From NCBI GenBank assembly GCA_951406725.2, contig OX597814.1, forward strand, positions 190,154,001-190,218,000: a stretch of DNA of 64,000 bases, read 5' to 3'. Positions 25,863-39,889 of the stretch are shown one piece after another. This stretch comes from Octopus vulgaris. Taxonomy: Eukaryota. The position numbers were made by a program, and so were the translations under genes. Below the pieces are notes generated by a model. That model was not told where the DNA came from, searched no databases, and was given only the letters and a program-made list of their open reading frames with translations. Within the stretch, counting starts at the first letter, position 1; each line of letters starts with the position of its first letter.

Positions 25863-26110
25863 CGGACGATAGATACATACATACATACATTCACACAGAC
25901 AGACAGACAGACAGACAGGCAGCCAGGTAGTCAGAGAGACAGGCAGATACATATACGTGATATGTACATATATCTTTTGTCTATACTTCTATTTGTATTT
26001 TATTTTTATCTTTACATTACTTTTTTATATCCGTTTCACAATCATCTCTCACTTTATAAATTATCTTTATGCATTATATATATATATATATATATGTATA
26101 TGTGTATACA

Positions 26111-26189
<79 letters not shown>

Positions 26190-26193
<4 letters not shown>

Positions 26194-26340
26194 GCTCTGT
26201 AGTAAGTAGATTGCTTGCGAACCACATGGGTCTAGGTTCAGCCCCACTGCGTGGTACCTTGGGCAAGTGTTCACTACCTCGGGCCGACCAAAGCCTTCTG
26301 AGTGGATTGGGTAGACAGAAACTGAAAGGAGCCCATCATA
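26190..26340 (+). mobile_element. SINE family A, 5' half
   Basis: gtggctctgtagtaagtag...ccttgggcaagtgt...aactgaaagga. Confidence 0.85.
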
Positions 26341-26440
26341 TATAAATGTGTGTCCGTGTGTGTGTGTGTATGTTAAATAAAATGTGACAACAACATCAAA
26401 GCAGGGTGAAAGTTTTAGGACATTTATAAAGAGAAAGGTA

Positions 26441-26488
26441 GTCAAACGGCTGTTTCTGGGATATTAGGTATATCGCTTCATCAGAGAC
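26441..26488 (-). ncRNA. Type I hammerhead motif (canonical core, stem mismatches)
   Basis: GTCT-CTGATGA-A-GCGATA..TATCCC-A-GAA-ACAGCCGT-T-TGAC. Confidence 0.7.
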
Positions 26489-26516
26489 GATATGAGAGAG
26501 TTAAATATACTGAAAA

Positions 26517-26566
26517 AGTCTCCGATGAAGGGATATCCCTATTATCCCAGAAACAGCTGTTAGACT
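26517..26566 (+). ncRNA. Type I hammerhead motif, U4C core
   Basis: AGTCT-CCGATGA-A-GGGATA(TCCCTAT)TATCCC-A-GAA-ACAGCTGT-T-AGACT. Confidence 0.8.
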
Positions 26567-26722
26567 ACCTTTCTCTTTATAAATGTCCTAAAAAAATTCA
26601 CACTGCCTTGGCTTTGTTGCCTCATTTTATTTAACATATAAATGCTCACACAAGACCCGCTTTAGACTCCTCACTCGTATTGTTATCGAACCAAGAGTAT
26701 AACTACGGTCCTTCCATAACAC

Positions 26723-26760
26723 TTTTTCTGATGAGAACCTAATGTCCGAAACGTCAAAGG
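26723..26760 (+). ncRNA. Minimal type I hammerhead motif
   Basis: TTTTT-CTGATGA-GAAC(CTAAT)GTCC-GAA-ACGT-C-AAAGG; one stem II mismatch. Confidence 0.75.
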
Positions 26761-26851
26761 CCTTTATCCCTTTTCTTTTCAAGCGTGAAACTAATAACTC
26801 GTTTGTGAAAACTTATCCCTTTTGTGGTGTTTTTCTTCTTTTTCGTTTATC

Positions 26852-26906
<55 letters not shown>

Positions 26907-27809
26907 TAGAGAGAAAGAGAGATTATACATATATAAATGCATGTATATGTGTGAGTGTGTGTGTATGTATGTATGTATGTATGTACATGTATCTGATTGG
27001 TGTTTTAGCATTTACTTTCATTGTAAAGCGAAGATACTTTTTTTAAAGGATAACTTATACTTTTCGCCATCCCTTGCAACTGGAATGAGAGACTACTGGA
27101 AAATTATCAAACGCTACACTAGCATTCAGATAATTCTTTAAATTTATCAGCAGAAAAGTCACAGACGATAGTCTAACACCATGTTCAGGAAGCAGATTTG
27201 TCTCTCGACAACACCGTGAAAAGTGTTATAATCACCGGTCATGTGAACTTCGAATGCCCATGAATAGAACCATAAAAATATTTTTACAAACATACATACA
27301 TACATACATACATACATACATACATACATACATACACACGACTTAATTGCCATATACATGCAGCTTAAAGTCCTATACGTACATATCTTTACCGACGTAA
27401 AGTGCTAATGGTTATGTGTATTATACAATATAAATGCATCGCATACTTATATATATATATATAAAATATAATACAAAACTTGGTATATATACACATACAC
27501 TATTAAATTTGCAATGTAATTTGTATTCGTTATAGTTATTTTCAATTACATTAACTTGGTGCTGTTTTCTGTTTTCTTCTTAATCATTAATTCAACATTT
27601 CTAATTGTATTTATTTGTTTTAAGCATTCCACTTCTGAACATTAGAGTTTTCTTTTTTCATCTGCCAAACTTTCAAAACGTTTTGCACCAATTATTCAAT
27701 GGAATTATTTAAAGTGAATTTCTTATAGGTATTTTTTTCATATCTCTTAACAAATCAACGCATACATACATACATACATACATACATACATACATACATA
27801 CATACAAAC

Positions 27810-27842
<33 letters not shown>

Positions 27843-27903
27843 CATGCTTTAATGCATCACACATACACACACGCACACACACACACATACTTATATCTAT
27901 CTA

Positions 27904-27937
<34 letters not shown>

Positions 27938-28360
27938 TTATAACTTTTATATGAATTTGTGTAAATATATGTATTATATATTTTTATATTAATATCTCTC
28001 ATTTTACAAATAAATACACACTCATCAAAATAATTATATATATATAAAATATGATATCATATTATATATAAAATATATATAAAATATTATATTATATATA
28101 TATAAAATCAGTTAATATTATATTCATATATTAGCATGTTTAAGTGAGTATGGGGAAATATGTTTAAGATGTGAGTAAAAAAAATAAAACAGAAAAGTAG
28201 ACAAGAATTTATGTGTAATTTACATGCATAAACACTGGAAAAAATAACTGAATATTATTCGTAATAAATATAAAGAAGAAAAATAAATGTTATTAAAAAT
28301 ATTCGTCACCCTTTTGCCAAAATAAAGGGTTATCATATTAGTGCAAGTGTTATATATAAG

Positions 28361-28455
<95 letters not shown>

Positions 28456-28938
28456 AAGAGAGACAGAAAAACGGACAGAGAAACAGACAGACACACACAC
28501 ACACACATATTTGCTAAACAGACAAACAGACAGACAGAGAAATAGATAGGTCGATAGACAGACAGACAGATAAAGAGAGAGAGAGAGAGATGTAGATAGA
28601 TTGTTAAACAAACAGATTGATAGACAGATTGCTAGACAGACAGGCAGGCAGACAGACGACAGACAGACAGACAGACAGACATATTTAGATATTCAGGTGA
28701 ATTTGTGATGCCATCAGACAAAAATATATTGATCTAGTGATGTTCTTATACTCAGTTTCATCAAACCTTTCCTAGTCGGTTTTATGTTACTACGCCTTAC
28801 GAAGCAGTTACCAATGTAATAACATCGTATTTTTAAATTAAAGATTTAGATTTATGAAAGCATAAATCTCTAAGGGATATATATACTTTTTAATGCTTTC
28901 CATCAAGATATAAATATATATATGTTTATACAGAGAGA

Positions 28939-29137
<199 letters not shown>

Positions 29138-29270
29138 TAGGTATGTTTCTGTGAGCAATACCACTTCTCTGTTAAATAAATACTTCTTAATCGTAACTGT
29201 AGGCATTTGTTGAAGAAAAGCTCGTTATATGTCGTAGAGGAATGTCTGTGTACATGCATAAGTACACACC

Positions 29271-29329
<59 letters not shown>

Positions 29330-29842
29330 TAAATTATGTGAACGCGTGTAATTGAAATGTTTCCAAGCAGAAAAAATAAATAATTTTCCGCCATTTTTCT
29401 TATAGTCTGCTGCATGTAAAAAGACGTTGATACAAACATACAAATGTGAAGCCTCATGACTGTTTGCCTACTGCAACAGACTAATGCCAAAACTACCAAT
29501 TACACAGGGTTATAACTATTGTAAAAAAAAAATGATAATCTTTCTCAGAAATATAGTTTAATGACGTTAGTGTTATAAACCGCAAAAACAAAATTTTGCA
29601 ACCTCAACCAAATTCAAACACGGTTTCGTATATACATACAACTGATTGTAGTTTAGCATTGAACTTGAGAGCAATAGCTTAAAGCAATAGTCGTATTATT
29701 TTATTAATTCTTTACTAATCCTGATACTTCCTGGATTTCCGAAGCAAGCATAAGATAACACCACTCCGACAGACGTCATAATTATTTTTTATTTACTAGT
29801 CTATAAATGTAGGAAATATTATCATGAGTGCATGTAAATATA

Positions 29843-30054
29843 TACTCTTTTACTCTTTTACTTGTTTCAGTCAGTTGACTGCGGCCATGCTGGAGCACCA
29901 CCTTTAGTCGAGCAACTCGACCCCGGGATTTATTCTTTGTAAGCCCAGTACTTACTCTATCGGTCTCTTTTGCCGAACCGCTAAGTGACGGGGACATAAA
30001 CACGCCAGCATCGGTTGTCCAGCAATGCGAGTGACAAACACACAAACATACACG

Positions 30055-30118
<64 letters not shown>

Positions 30119-30282
30119 TACGACGGGCTTCTTTCAGTTTCCGTCTACCAAATCCACTCACAAGGCTTTAGTCGGCCCGAGGCTACAGTAGAAGACAGTT
30201 GCCCAAGATGCCACGCAGTGGGACTGAACCGGAACCATGTGGTTGGTAGGCAAGCTACTTACCACACAGCCACTCCTGCGCC
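29843..30282 (-). mobile_element. Full-length SINE family A
   Basis: tRNA-like head, CORE-like ccttgggcaag segment, internal TA/TG microsatellite, LINE-like tail with (GAGTAAAA)n. Confidence 0.93.
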
Positions 30283-30314
30283 TATACTGTCAGGTTTTTT
30301 TATAAGTTTATTTA

Positions 30315-30902
30315 TTTTTTTCTTTCTAGTTTCAGCTCAGAGCTGCGGCCATGCTGATGCACCGCCGTTTTGCTACACTGCTATTACTTAGAGCCTCCTC
30401 CAATATGTGGCACTTGGTGAAGAATGGAGTTTGATATAGCTACCTTCATTTGCACCTCCTGCCGTAAGGTAGGTTCATCATGGACTCTCGACAGGAAGAG
30501 GTCCAGCTTTGATTTAAAAACTCCGACATCTACTCTGTGCAAGTTCCTCAGACTCTTTAGGAGAATATTAAAAAGCTGTGGGCCCTTGAACCCAGGCTGT
30601 TGCAGTAACTGGTTCTGAAGCGTAATAGTATTGCTGGGATCTTTGGCACTATGCAGTGTCGTCTCGTTCTGGCATTGGTGTAGCTTTCAATGCCAAAATT
30701 TGGCACAATTTCTTCCAGGATCTTCCAGATATATATTACTGCGTACCTCTCCCGTCTTCTCTCTAGGGAGTAGAGTCTTAGCTGTTTCAACCTTTCCCAG
30801 TAGCTGAGCTGTTGCAGAAACGATCTTGTTTGTGAATCTTCTCTGGATTGCTTCATGGTCCGCAGTTAATTTCACACTGGTGGGTGACCATAGCTGTGAG
30901 CA
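30315..30902 (-). mobile_element. CR1-clade LINE 3' end
   Basis: EAIQRRFT, LSYWERLKQLRLYSLERRRERYAVIYIWKIL, 3' UTR ending GGCGGTGCATCAGCATGGCCGCAGCTCTGAGCTGAAAC. Confidence 0.9.
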
Positions 30903-31069
30903 AACAATTTAAAAAGTGACCCGAACCAAATGACGAGGCACCTCTAATAATGTTTTTAGTCAAGTGTTTGAAGGTATAAGTGTATACTTGCTTTGTATGT
31001 GTAGATGTACAAGAGGTGTTTCAAATTTTTTGAGCTTCATTATAAAACAGAATTCAAATAAAATAAAAA

Positions 31070-31448
31070 GAGTGGCTGTGTGGTAAGTAGCTTGCTTACC
31101 AACCACATGGTTCCGGGTTCATTCCCACTGCGTAGCACTTTGGGAAAGAGTCTTCTATTATAGCCTTGGGCCGACCAAAAACCTTGTGAGTGGATTTGGT
31201 AGACGGAAACTGAAAGAAGCCCGTCGTATATATGCATATATGTATGTGTGTGTATATGTTTGTGTGTCTGTGTTTGTCCACCCAATGGTGGTGTGTTTAC
31301 GTCCCCGTAACTTAGCGGTTCGGCAAAATAGTCCGATAGAATAAGTACTAGGCTTCCAAAAAATAAGTCCTGGGGTCGATTTGCTCGACTAAAGGCGGTG
31401 CTCCAGCATGGCCGTAGTCAAATGACTGAAACAAGTAAAAGAGTAAAA
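31070..31448 (+). mobile_element. Near full-length SINE family A
   Basis: Homology to 50035-50436. Confidence 0.92.
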
Positions 31449-32404
31449 TAAACGTGCCATTTTCTTGCTGACATTAAACATAGCGGGCTCAAAACTTTTG
31501 GAACACATTTCGTATGCACTTATATATGTTGTTGCTGTTGGTTCTGTTGTTGCTGTTGTTATTTAACCCTAGGTAGGTACTAACCACACTGACCGATGAT
31601 CAAATGTATTCCTACCGTAATCATCCCGTAATTTTAAGAATATTTATAACATTCATTTTTCTACATCTTTAAGACGGCAGAGGGTGATTTGAGGAAGAAT
31701 TTGACTACTATTTTAAACAGTTTGAGCAATCACATATAAGTTCCATTGTTGTTGTTAATCTTAGCTCCATGTTAATTCTGATCTAGAATACTCTTGACCA
31801 ATGACCCTCCAGCAGTAACAATCCCACATTTACCCGTGTAGAGAACCCAAGACTAAACTGTCAAATGTGTCCTTTTCTAAGATGACTTATTAAAGATATT
31901 GCAGCTATTTCTAGTGAACGTGATCAAATTGGATCAGACTGCTTTGGCTTGATTTGATTTAAATGGGGAATGTTCAAAAGGTTACTGCATCGATTTTCAG
32001 CCTTTCTGTCTCTTTTTAGAGAATTCCAGACTTTCCATGTTAATACGCAAGCGATTTTTCCCACAGCTTACTTAGCCGATTACTACGAAAAGCTATTGTC
32101 GAAGTTCAAAAGCTGGTTATTTACTATCGACTCTCTGTTGAAACTCTCCTCCTCTTACCCAAGTTATTAATATCAACTGAAAAACTGAGCCCACATCTTT
32201 GAGTGTTACTTAAATATTCTTTTTCCCGTATAATAATATCAGACCTGATTTTTAAGTGTGGATATGTGTCTCTATCTGGGTGATGAGTTGTACAAATCTC
32301 GTTTTTCTACACTATTTCGTGGGACTATCATTACTAGTACAGCTTACTTGCAACAGTAATTACGTTTATAGAGAACACGTGCTATCAATATAAATGTGTA
32401 AGTA

Positions 32405-32815
32405 TTCTTTTATTTTTTTAGTCTTATATTTATTTGTTTCAGTCATTGGACTGCGGTCATGCTGGAGCACCGCTTTTAGTCGAGCAAATCGACCCCAGGA
32501 CTTATTCTTTGTAAGCCTAGTACATATTCTATCGGTCTCTTTTGCCGAACCGCTAAGTGACGGGTACGTAAACAAACCACCATCGGTTGTCACGCCATGT
32601 TGGGGGGGGGACAAACACAGACACACAAACATATATATATATATATATATATACGACGGGCTTCTTTCAGTTTCCGTCTACCAAATCTCACTTACAAAGC
32701 TTTGGTCGGCCCGAGGCTATAGTGGAAGACACTTGCCCAAGCTGCCACGCAATGGGACTAAATCCGAAACCATGTGGTTGTAAGCAAGCTACTTACCACG
32801 CAGCCGCTCATGCGT
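32405..32815 (-). mobile_element. Full-length SINE family A
   Basis: Homology to 29843-30282. Confidence 0.92.
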
Positions 32816-33142
32816 ATGGTATGGTAATGCAAACAGGAAAAACAGAACCCAAAATATGAATATATGTATTTCTTTATGAATATTTTGCAGAAGTAATAAA
32901 ATGGCTCAAGCGACGAGGGTTTCGTACGTTGGCAGTTACCAAATTTGATAAGTACACATGCATGAAACTCTCGAACGTTGAGTCACTTTCTTGCTTTCGA
33001 TAAATATTAATATATATGTGTGTGTATGTGTGCGTGTGCGTGTGTGTGTGTGTGTGTGCGTGTGTATGTATGTATGTATATTTATGTATTTATATATACG
33101 TATGTATACATATATATATGTATATATATATGTATATATATG

Positions 33143-33173
<31 letters not shown>

Positions 33174-33339
33174 GTATATGTATATATATGTATGCCTATA
33201 TATGTATATATGTATGTATATATATATATGTATATACATATATATATGTATGCATATATATGTATATATGTATGTCTCCTTCAAGTAGAGACGGTAAAAT
33301 CTGTTGCTCTCTGCCGTTCTCAAAAAATAGCGTTCGTAA

Positions 33340-33800
33340 AAAAATTTTATCTCGTTTGACTTAACAGCCCTTCTTGTTTGTGTTACTGTTATTCTCCGTG
33401 CCCGTCTTTTACTGTTTATATTTTGTACTGTCGTTACTGTCCTGTTTTTGTTACCATTTTTACCCCTCCGCAAAAAAATCTCAAATTTTATTTAATTTGA
33501 TTTTCGTGGGAAGGAAATTTTCATTGAAGTCATGTATCGCCTTGACCTTCGAAACGTGGAGTAGATGAAATTAAGGCGACTGAAGAAGGGGAATTTTCCT
33601 TGTTTTGTATGTCCTGTACTCTATTTTTTCGTTATTTAAAAAAATGTCCATTTCCTTGGTTTTGTGTTTATGTTTTCGTTTCTCATTGTGTTCGAGATTT
33701 TTTTGGTGTCCTGTACCCATATATGCATGTATATATACATGTAGAGGTAGGTAGTACATATATGTATGTATATATGCATATGTTTTATTTATTTATTAAT
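33340..33800 (+). mobile_element. PLE pLTR-like repeat, same family as 34444-35565 and 39890-40310
   Basis: Inverse homology to 34444-34900 (ctgtacccatatatgcatgtatatatacatgtagaggtaggt). Confidence 0.65.
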
Positions 33801-33874
33801 TTATATATATATATGTATATGTATATATACATGTATATGTATGTATGTATATATATGTATATATATGTATATGT

Positions 33875-34204
33875 GAACAGTGCCAGAGACCAGGACCCAC
33901 AGCTTAGCTGATATAAATCCAACAATCACAAAATTTACCAAAATTACGCCAGCAGACGCCGACCAAGAATCATTACTGTTGCTCCCATTGGAACACAAGG
34001 TAAAATCTATAATGAACTCCTCGCCTTTTCAAGAACATGGATTAAACATATAGCATGGACTCTCTTTATTATATAAAAAAATTTTTTTGATAAGGTTCGT
34101 TATTTCAAGAACCGAAACATGTAAAATTAAAATTTAGCTAATATAGCGGCATTTTCAAACTTCATTTTTTACAAATATATACCCCCTCGTATACGAGCTA
34201 CTCT

Positions 34205-34205
<1 letters not shown>
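33875..34205 (+). mobile_element. Short PLE 3' fragment: EN C-terminus plus pLTR
   Basis: Frame ending LEHKVKSIMNSSPFQEHGLNI* (PLE-type GLN terminus) followed by an HHR. Confidence 0.6.
34082..34128 (+). ncRNA. Type I hammerhead with U3-A8 core
   Basis: TTTTT-TTGATAA-GGTTC(10 nt)GAACC-GAA-ACATGT-A-AAA. Confidence 0.65.
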
Positions 34206-34268
<63 letters not shown>

Positions 34269-34409
34269 TCGTATATATGTATTCGTATATATATATGTAT
34301 ATATATATATGTATATATGTATGTATATATATATATGTATATATGTATGTATATATATGTATATATGTGTATATATATATATATGTACATGTATGTATAT
34401 ATATAAATG

Positions 34410-34443
<34 letters not shown>

Positions 34444-34447
<4 letters not shown>

Positions 34448-35563
34448 TAATAAAAAATATGCATATATATAAACATATATGTACGTACCTACCTCTACAT
34501 GTACATATACACGCATATATGTGTACAGGACACCAAAAGGACGTCGAACACATAGAGAGACGAAAAACATAGACACAAACCAAGGAACAAGACAAGCAAA
34601 AAAAGGAGATACAGGACAATAAGCACAACGAAAAATCCCCTTCTTCAGTCGCTAAAGTTTCATCTACTAAACGTTTCGAAGGATAAAAGCGAGACGTATA
34701 CTTCGAATGAAAAATTCCTTCCTGCGAAAAGCAAATCAATTAAAATTCTGAGATCTTGTCGCAGAGGGGTAAAAAAAGCAAGACGGTAACGACAGTACAA
34801 ACATATAAACAGTAAAAAATATATATATAAACAGTGGGAAAATAAAAGTATAACAGTGAGAGACAGGACAAGGAGAACAAGATAAGAAGGGCTGTTAACG
34901 CCAGACGAAAAAAGTATTGCAAACGCTGGATTATAGTGGACGACGAGAGAGGAAGATGTCGACCAGTGGCCTTAGAAGGCAGGTGAGAAAAGACGGGATA
35001 GCAGTTACGACGGAAGTACGTCGCAGATGGACGACGGGAATGGGGGAGGAGGAGCAAGAGGAAGAGAGAGAAGAAGGGGAATGGTGCGAGGAGACCATGA
35101 AGAACAGTGAGGGGGAGAGAGAGAGGAAGAGACAAGTTAAGTGAGGGAAAAAAGACGAAAAAGGGAATGGGAGAGAAAGAAAGAAAGATGCAGAGTCGCG
35201 TGAGAGTTAATATCAAGGCGAACTTGATAAACAGAACAATCTTACTTAATAGGGTGCGTGCGTTTAGTCGTATAATATGTTAATAAAAAATATGCATATA
35301 TATAAACATATATGTACGTACCTACCTCTACATGTACATATACACGCATATATGTGTACAGGACACCAAAAGGACGTCGAACACATAGAGAGACGAAAAA
35401 CATAGACACAAACCAAGGAACAAGACAAGCAAAAAAAGGAGATACAGGACAATAAGCACAACGAAAAATCCCCTTCTTCAGTCGCTAAAGTTTCATCTAC
35501 TAAACGTTTCGAAGGATAAAAGCGAGACGTATACTTCGAATGAAAAATTCCTTCCTGCGAAAA

Positions 35564-35565
<2 letters not shown>
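34444..35565 (-). mobile_element. Non-coding element with ~290-bp near-identical direct repeats (tandem pLTR)
   Basis: 34444-34733 recurs at about 35277-35565; flanked by (TA)n. Confidence 0.8.
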
Positions 35566-35660
<95 letters not shown>

Positions 35661-36239
35661 GTATATGTGTGTGTGTGTGGAGAGAGTTTGTGTGTATACT
35701 AAACAAATACTTGCAAAATATATTTGCATTCAGTATTTTGTGAAAACGCAATTTTCCAATTTTAAGTCAATTTAAGCCTGTTAAATATCCAACAGCATAA
35801 CAGAACCATCGCTTCAAACATAGCACTTATTGATTACAAACAAAGGCACAAGTTTTCAAATTTGGGGAAAAGGAACAGTCATTTATGCAGAACCCTTGTA
35901 ATCGACTGACATTTTAGCTTATCGATCCCGGAAGGATGAAATCTAAATTTGACCTCAGTGTAAACTGAATTCAAAGCAAAACTGCCGCAACAGAATACCG
36001 CAAAGCATTTTGTCCCACGCTGTAACCTTTTCGTCAGTTAGTGTGATTGGATGTGCAGAATTGAGTGACCTCTTCTAATGCGCAAATACTGTAGTTAGTT
36101 GTAACTCACGCATAGTTTCATACAAAAATGGTGTTTCTACATAAAAAAATAATAACGTGTTGAAGATTGAAAACACTTCAAGGTTTCACTATCAAAACCA
36201 AATTTCTCAGCAAACTGAAAAATGGTAGAGATCGAAAAA

Positions 36240-36263
36240 ATACTACTACTACTACTACTACTC

Positions 36264-36301
<38 letters not shown>

Positions 36302-36377
36302 TAAAATGATAATGATGATGATGATGATAATGATGATGATAATGATGATGATAATGATGAGGATAATGATGATGATA

Positions 36378-36436
<59 letters not shown>

Positions 36437-36897
36437 AAAAAGATGGTCTACAAATAATCTGCTCAATACCACAGATTTGCTTGTCAGTTGTTTGACCATA
36501 ACCAATTGAGCATGTCCCTTAGTGGCTGACAATATGTGCATCTCTGATCATGAGCAGAAGTAGTGGGGGAGCATCATAGCCATGTGTTGAGAGGGATTCT
36601 TTGGGGTTTTAATAGTTCATCTCTGGAAACATGGGTGTTTCGTTCAACATCCTTAAACAATCTTTACTCAGGGACATTTTGAGCGGGATGGGCTACTCGA
36701 TCAGAAGAAAATTCTAACTGGGCCCCACCTGCAAGGTCATGTGCTGTTTATCGTGATATGAGATCCCCATGTCGCGCACATATGGTGGTGATGCATGTGC
36801 CTAGTGTATCCTTATCAGGTGGGTAGTCATGATGGGTATGCTGGGCTTCGTATGTTTTACCCCAGTGTCACTTTGATGGCATGCACTGCTCTCTCAC

Positions 36898-36965
<68 letters not shown>

Positions 36966-37018
36966 AAGAAGAAGAAGAAGAAGAAGAAGAAGAAGAAGAA
37001 GAAGAAGATAATAATAAT
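36240..37018. repeat. Trinucleotide arrays (ACT/ATA/ATG; ATA/AAG) enclosing a ~460-bp insert (36436-36897), probably a microsatellite-targeting retroelement end
   Basis: Arrays directly visible; the identity of the insert is inferred from its context only. Confidence 0.6.
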
Positions 37019-37228
37019 CCTTTCTGCTATGGGCACAGGGCCAGCCTGGAATTTGGTGGGATGGGAATAGTCTATTACATCGATCACAGAGCATGTCTTG
37101 TGCTTATTTCATCATCTCCGAAAAACGAAAGGTGACCTCAACGAAATTTGAGCTCAGAACGTAATGCCAGAAGAAATGCCGCTAAGTATTTTGTCCGATG
37201 CGCTAACGATTCCGCCAGCTCGCTGCCT
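37015..37228 (-). mobile_element. Diverged SINE family C copy
   Basis: ctcagaacgt...ccgctaag...ctaacgattccgccagctcgctgcc. Confidence 0.75.
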
Positions 37229-38102
37229 AACCACTGCATCATATGAACGTTATTCTAAATGAAAACGAGACTCTCTTTTTTAGAAAGTTACAAATTATGA
37301 TAGACAGAAGCACGGCAAACTTTCAAATTTGTTTTTGTCTCGTTTTGCTTTGTGTTGTTTTTGTTTTTGTTTTTGCTTTTAATTTTTTTTTTTTTTTGCT
37401 TTTTCTATTCTATTCTTTTCTTCTAGAAAACGAGATACAGCTTCCTGTAACATTTGACATTTTCGAAAAAAACCTTTAGCGGCTGTATTCATTCCAAATG
37501 AAATAAAACCAGTAATATTCCAACAATAACAATCACGCCTTGAAATACGCTTTGAAAAAAAAATTTCTTATAAAATAGTATAGCCAAGAAATATTTTGCG
37601 CCTAGTATAATTTCCTGGTTATTGGAATATTAATTGCACCCAGGTTGCCTTCACTGGTTCGCTGATGGCCTTCTTTCTTGAATTCCTTGCACTTGCTGTC
37701 TTCAGAATCTGGTGTCAGTTCTTCAGTCTGGGAAACGCTATCTCGGGTGGACATTTGCTACGCTAGACTTCATTTACTCATATTATAAACTAAACGACAG
37801 CATAGATCACGCGTGAAAATTACAAATTTGGCATCGTCACATGTTTAACACATACATATACATGTATGTGCGTGTGAGTGTATGTGTATGTGTGTATGTG
37901 TGTGTGTGTGTGCACTCGCATACACACACACACAAATATACACATATGTACGTATGTATGCAAATATATACATATGTATATATTTATATATCTATGAGCA
38001 TTTTTATTGACATTTAGTAGAAACAAAAGAGTGACTCAAGCGTCGAGAGTTTCGTGCGTTGGCACTTATCAATCCAACATCTATGAATATGTATAGAGAC
38101 AG

Positions 38103-38198
<96 letters not shown>

Positions 38199-38234
38199 GG
38201 ACGGACGGATGGACAGACAGACAGACAGACAGAC

Positions 38235-38305
<71 letters not shown>

Positions 38306-38312
38306 CAGACTA

Positions 38313-38390
<78 letters not shown>

Positions 38391-38974
38391 GGACGGACGG
38401 ACGGACGGACGGACGGACGGACGAACGGGCGGACGGACGGACAGACAGAAAGACAGACAGACTTGGAGCTGTCCAGAATTCTAAAATCTGTTCCAAAACA
38501 TATTTCTTCTACAAACTTAGAAAAAGCATTTTTCATTTATGCTGTTCGTCGACGATTTTTATTTTAATAGAAACTATATATTTACATTAAAAATCTCTAG
38601 ATAAGCTGGTACTTCATTGTGGACTCTCCTACCACTAACGGCATTTGACGGTTCTGCAATTTTTGCTGTATAACCAGAGCAAATGATTTGCTAAAGTAAT
38701 GAATTGTTATTTGGCTGCACATTGAGCTCGCTCACTCCATTAAATCAACACTGACTGTGCAGGTGTCTCGTGTGCCACACACCAGATGTCGAAGTGATCG
38801 CAGTGCAACATAAGATGAAGTCTTTTGTTCCACCCAGTTCGGGAATCGAAAGTACGATCTCGTGGTCGTTAGTACAATGCCCTACCCAACATACCACGCG
38901 CCCTCACATTTCCTATTCAGCTATAGATACCTCGGTGGATTTTAGATTAATGATAGGAGTTAGCATGAATCGGT

Positions 38975-39454
<480 letters not shown>

Positions 39455-39889
39455 GTATATAATGGTTCGTTGATTTGGAGATTAAAATGTTTCTTGGTAG
39501 ACGAGAGTTCTTCGGTGATGAAAAAATGCAGTGAAAAATAAGAATAAAATAGTGCAATGTCAAGGACTAAACTAGAGGTGGGGCGGGATGCGGGTACCTT
39601 GCTTATATTTAAATGCAGCACAGAATTAAGAATAATCCCATAAGGCCTCATTAGAGCCGTATGGTCAAGAAGTTTGCTTTGTCATCTCGTGACTTCTGAT
39701 TCGTTACTATTTTAATCTGGAAACTATGACTAAGACGGAAACTATGCGAAATGCCGTCCTTTTGTATTCGTATATGAGTGTGCGTATGTGTGTGTGTGTG
39801 TGTATTTTTACAAGTGAAGACAACAACGTGCTTATACTGTCTCCTCTCATAAGCTCGTCCTCCTAGCGTTCAGAACAATGTTTCCATTG

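Larger units (their letters stand above)
26369..26638. mobile_element. Back-to-back inverted pLTR pair, each arm with a hammerhead
   Basis: 26369-26488 is the inverse of 26518-26638. Confidence 0.8.

Noticed and set aside
27200-27265. Gag zinc knuckle (KCYN..GHVNFECP)
   Set aside because: Needs a frameshift and lacks the second Cys; no other LTR-element evidence.
36436-36897. HDV-like ribozyme at the minus-strand 5' end
   Set aside because: A possible P1 (GTGAGA/TCTCAT) exists, but I could not build P1.1, P3 and J4/2.
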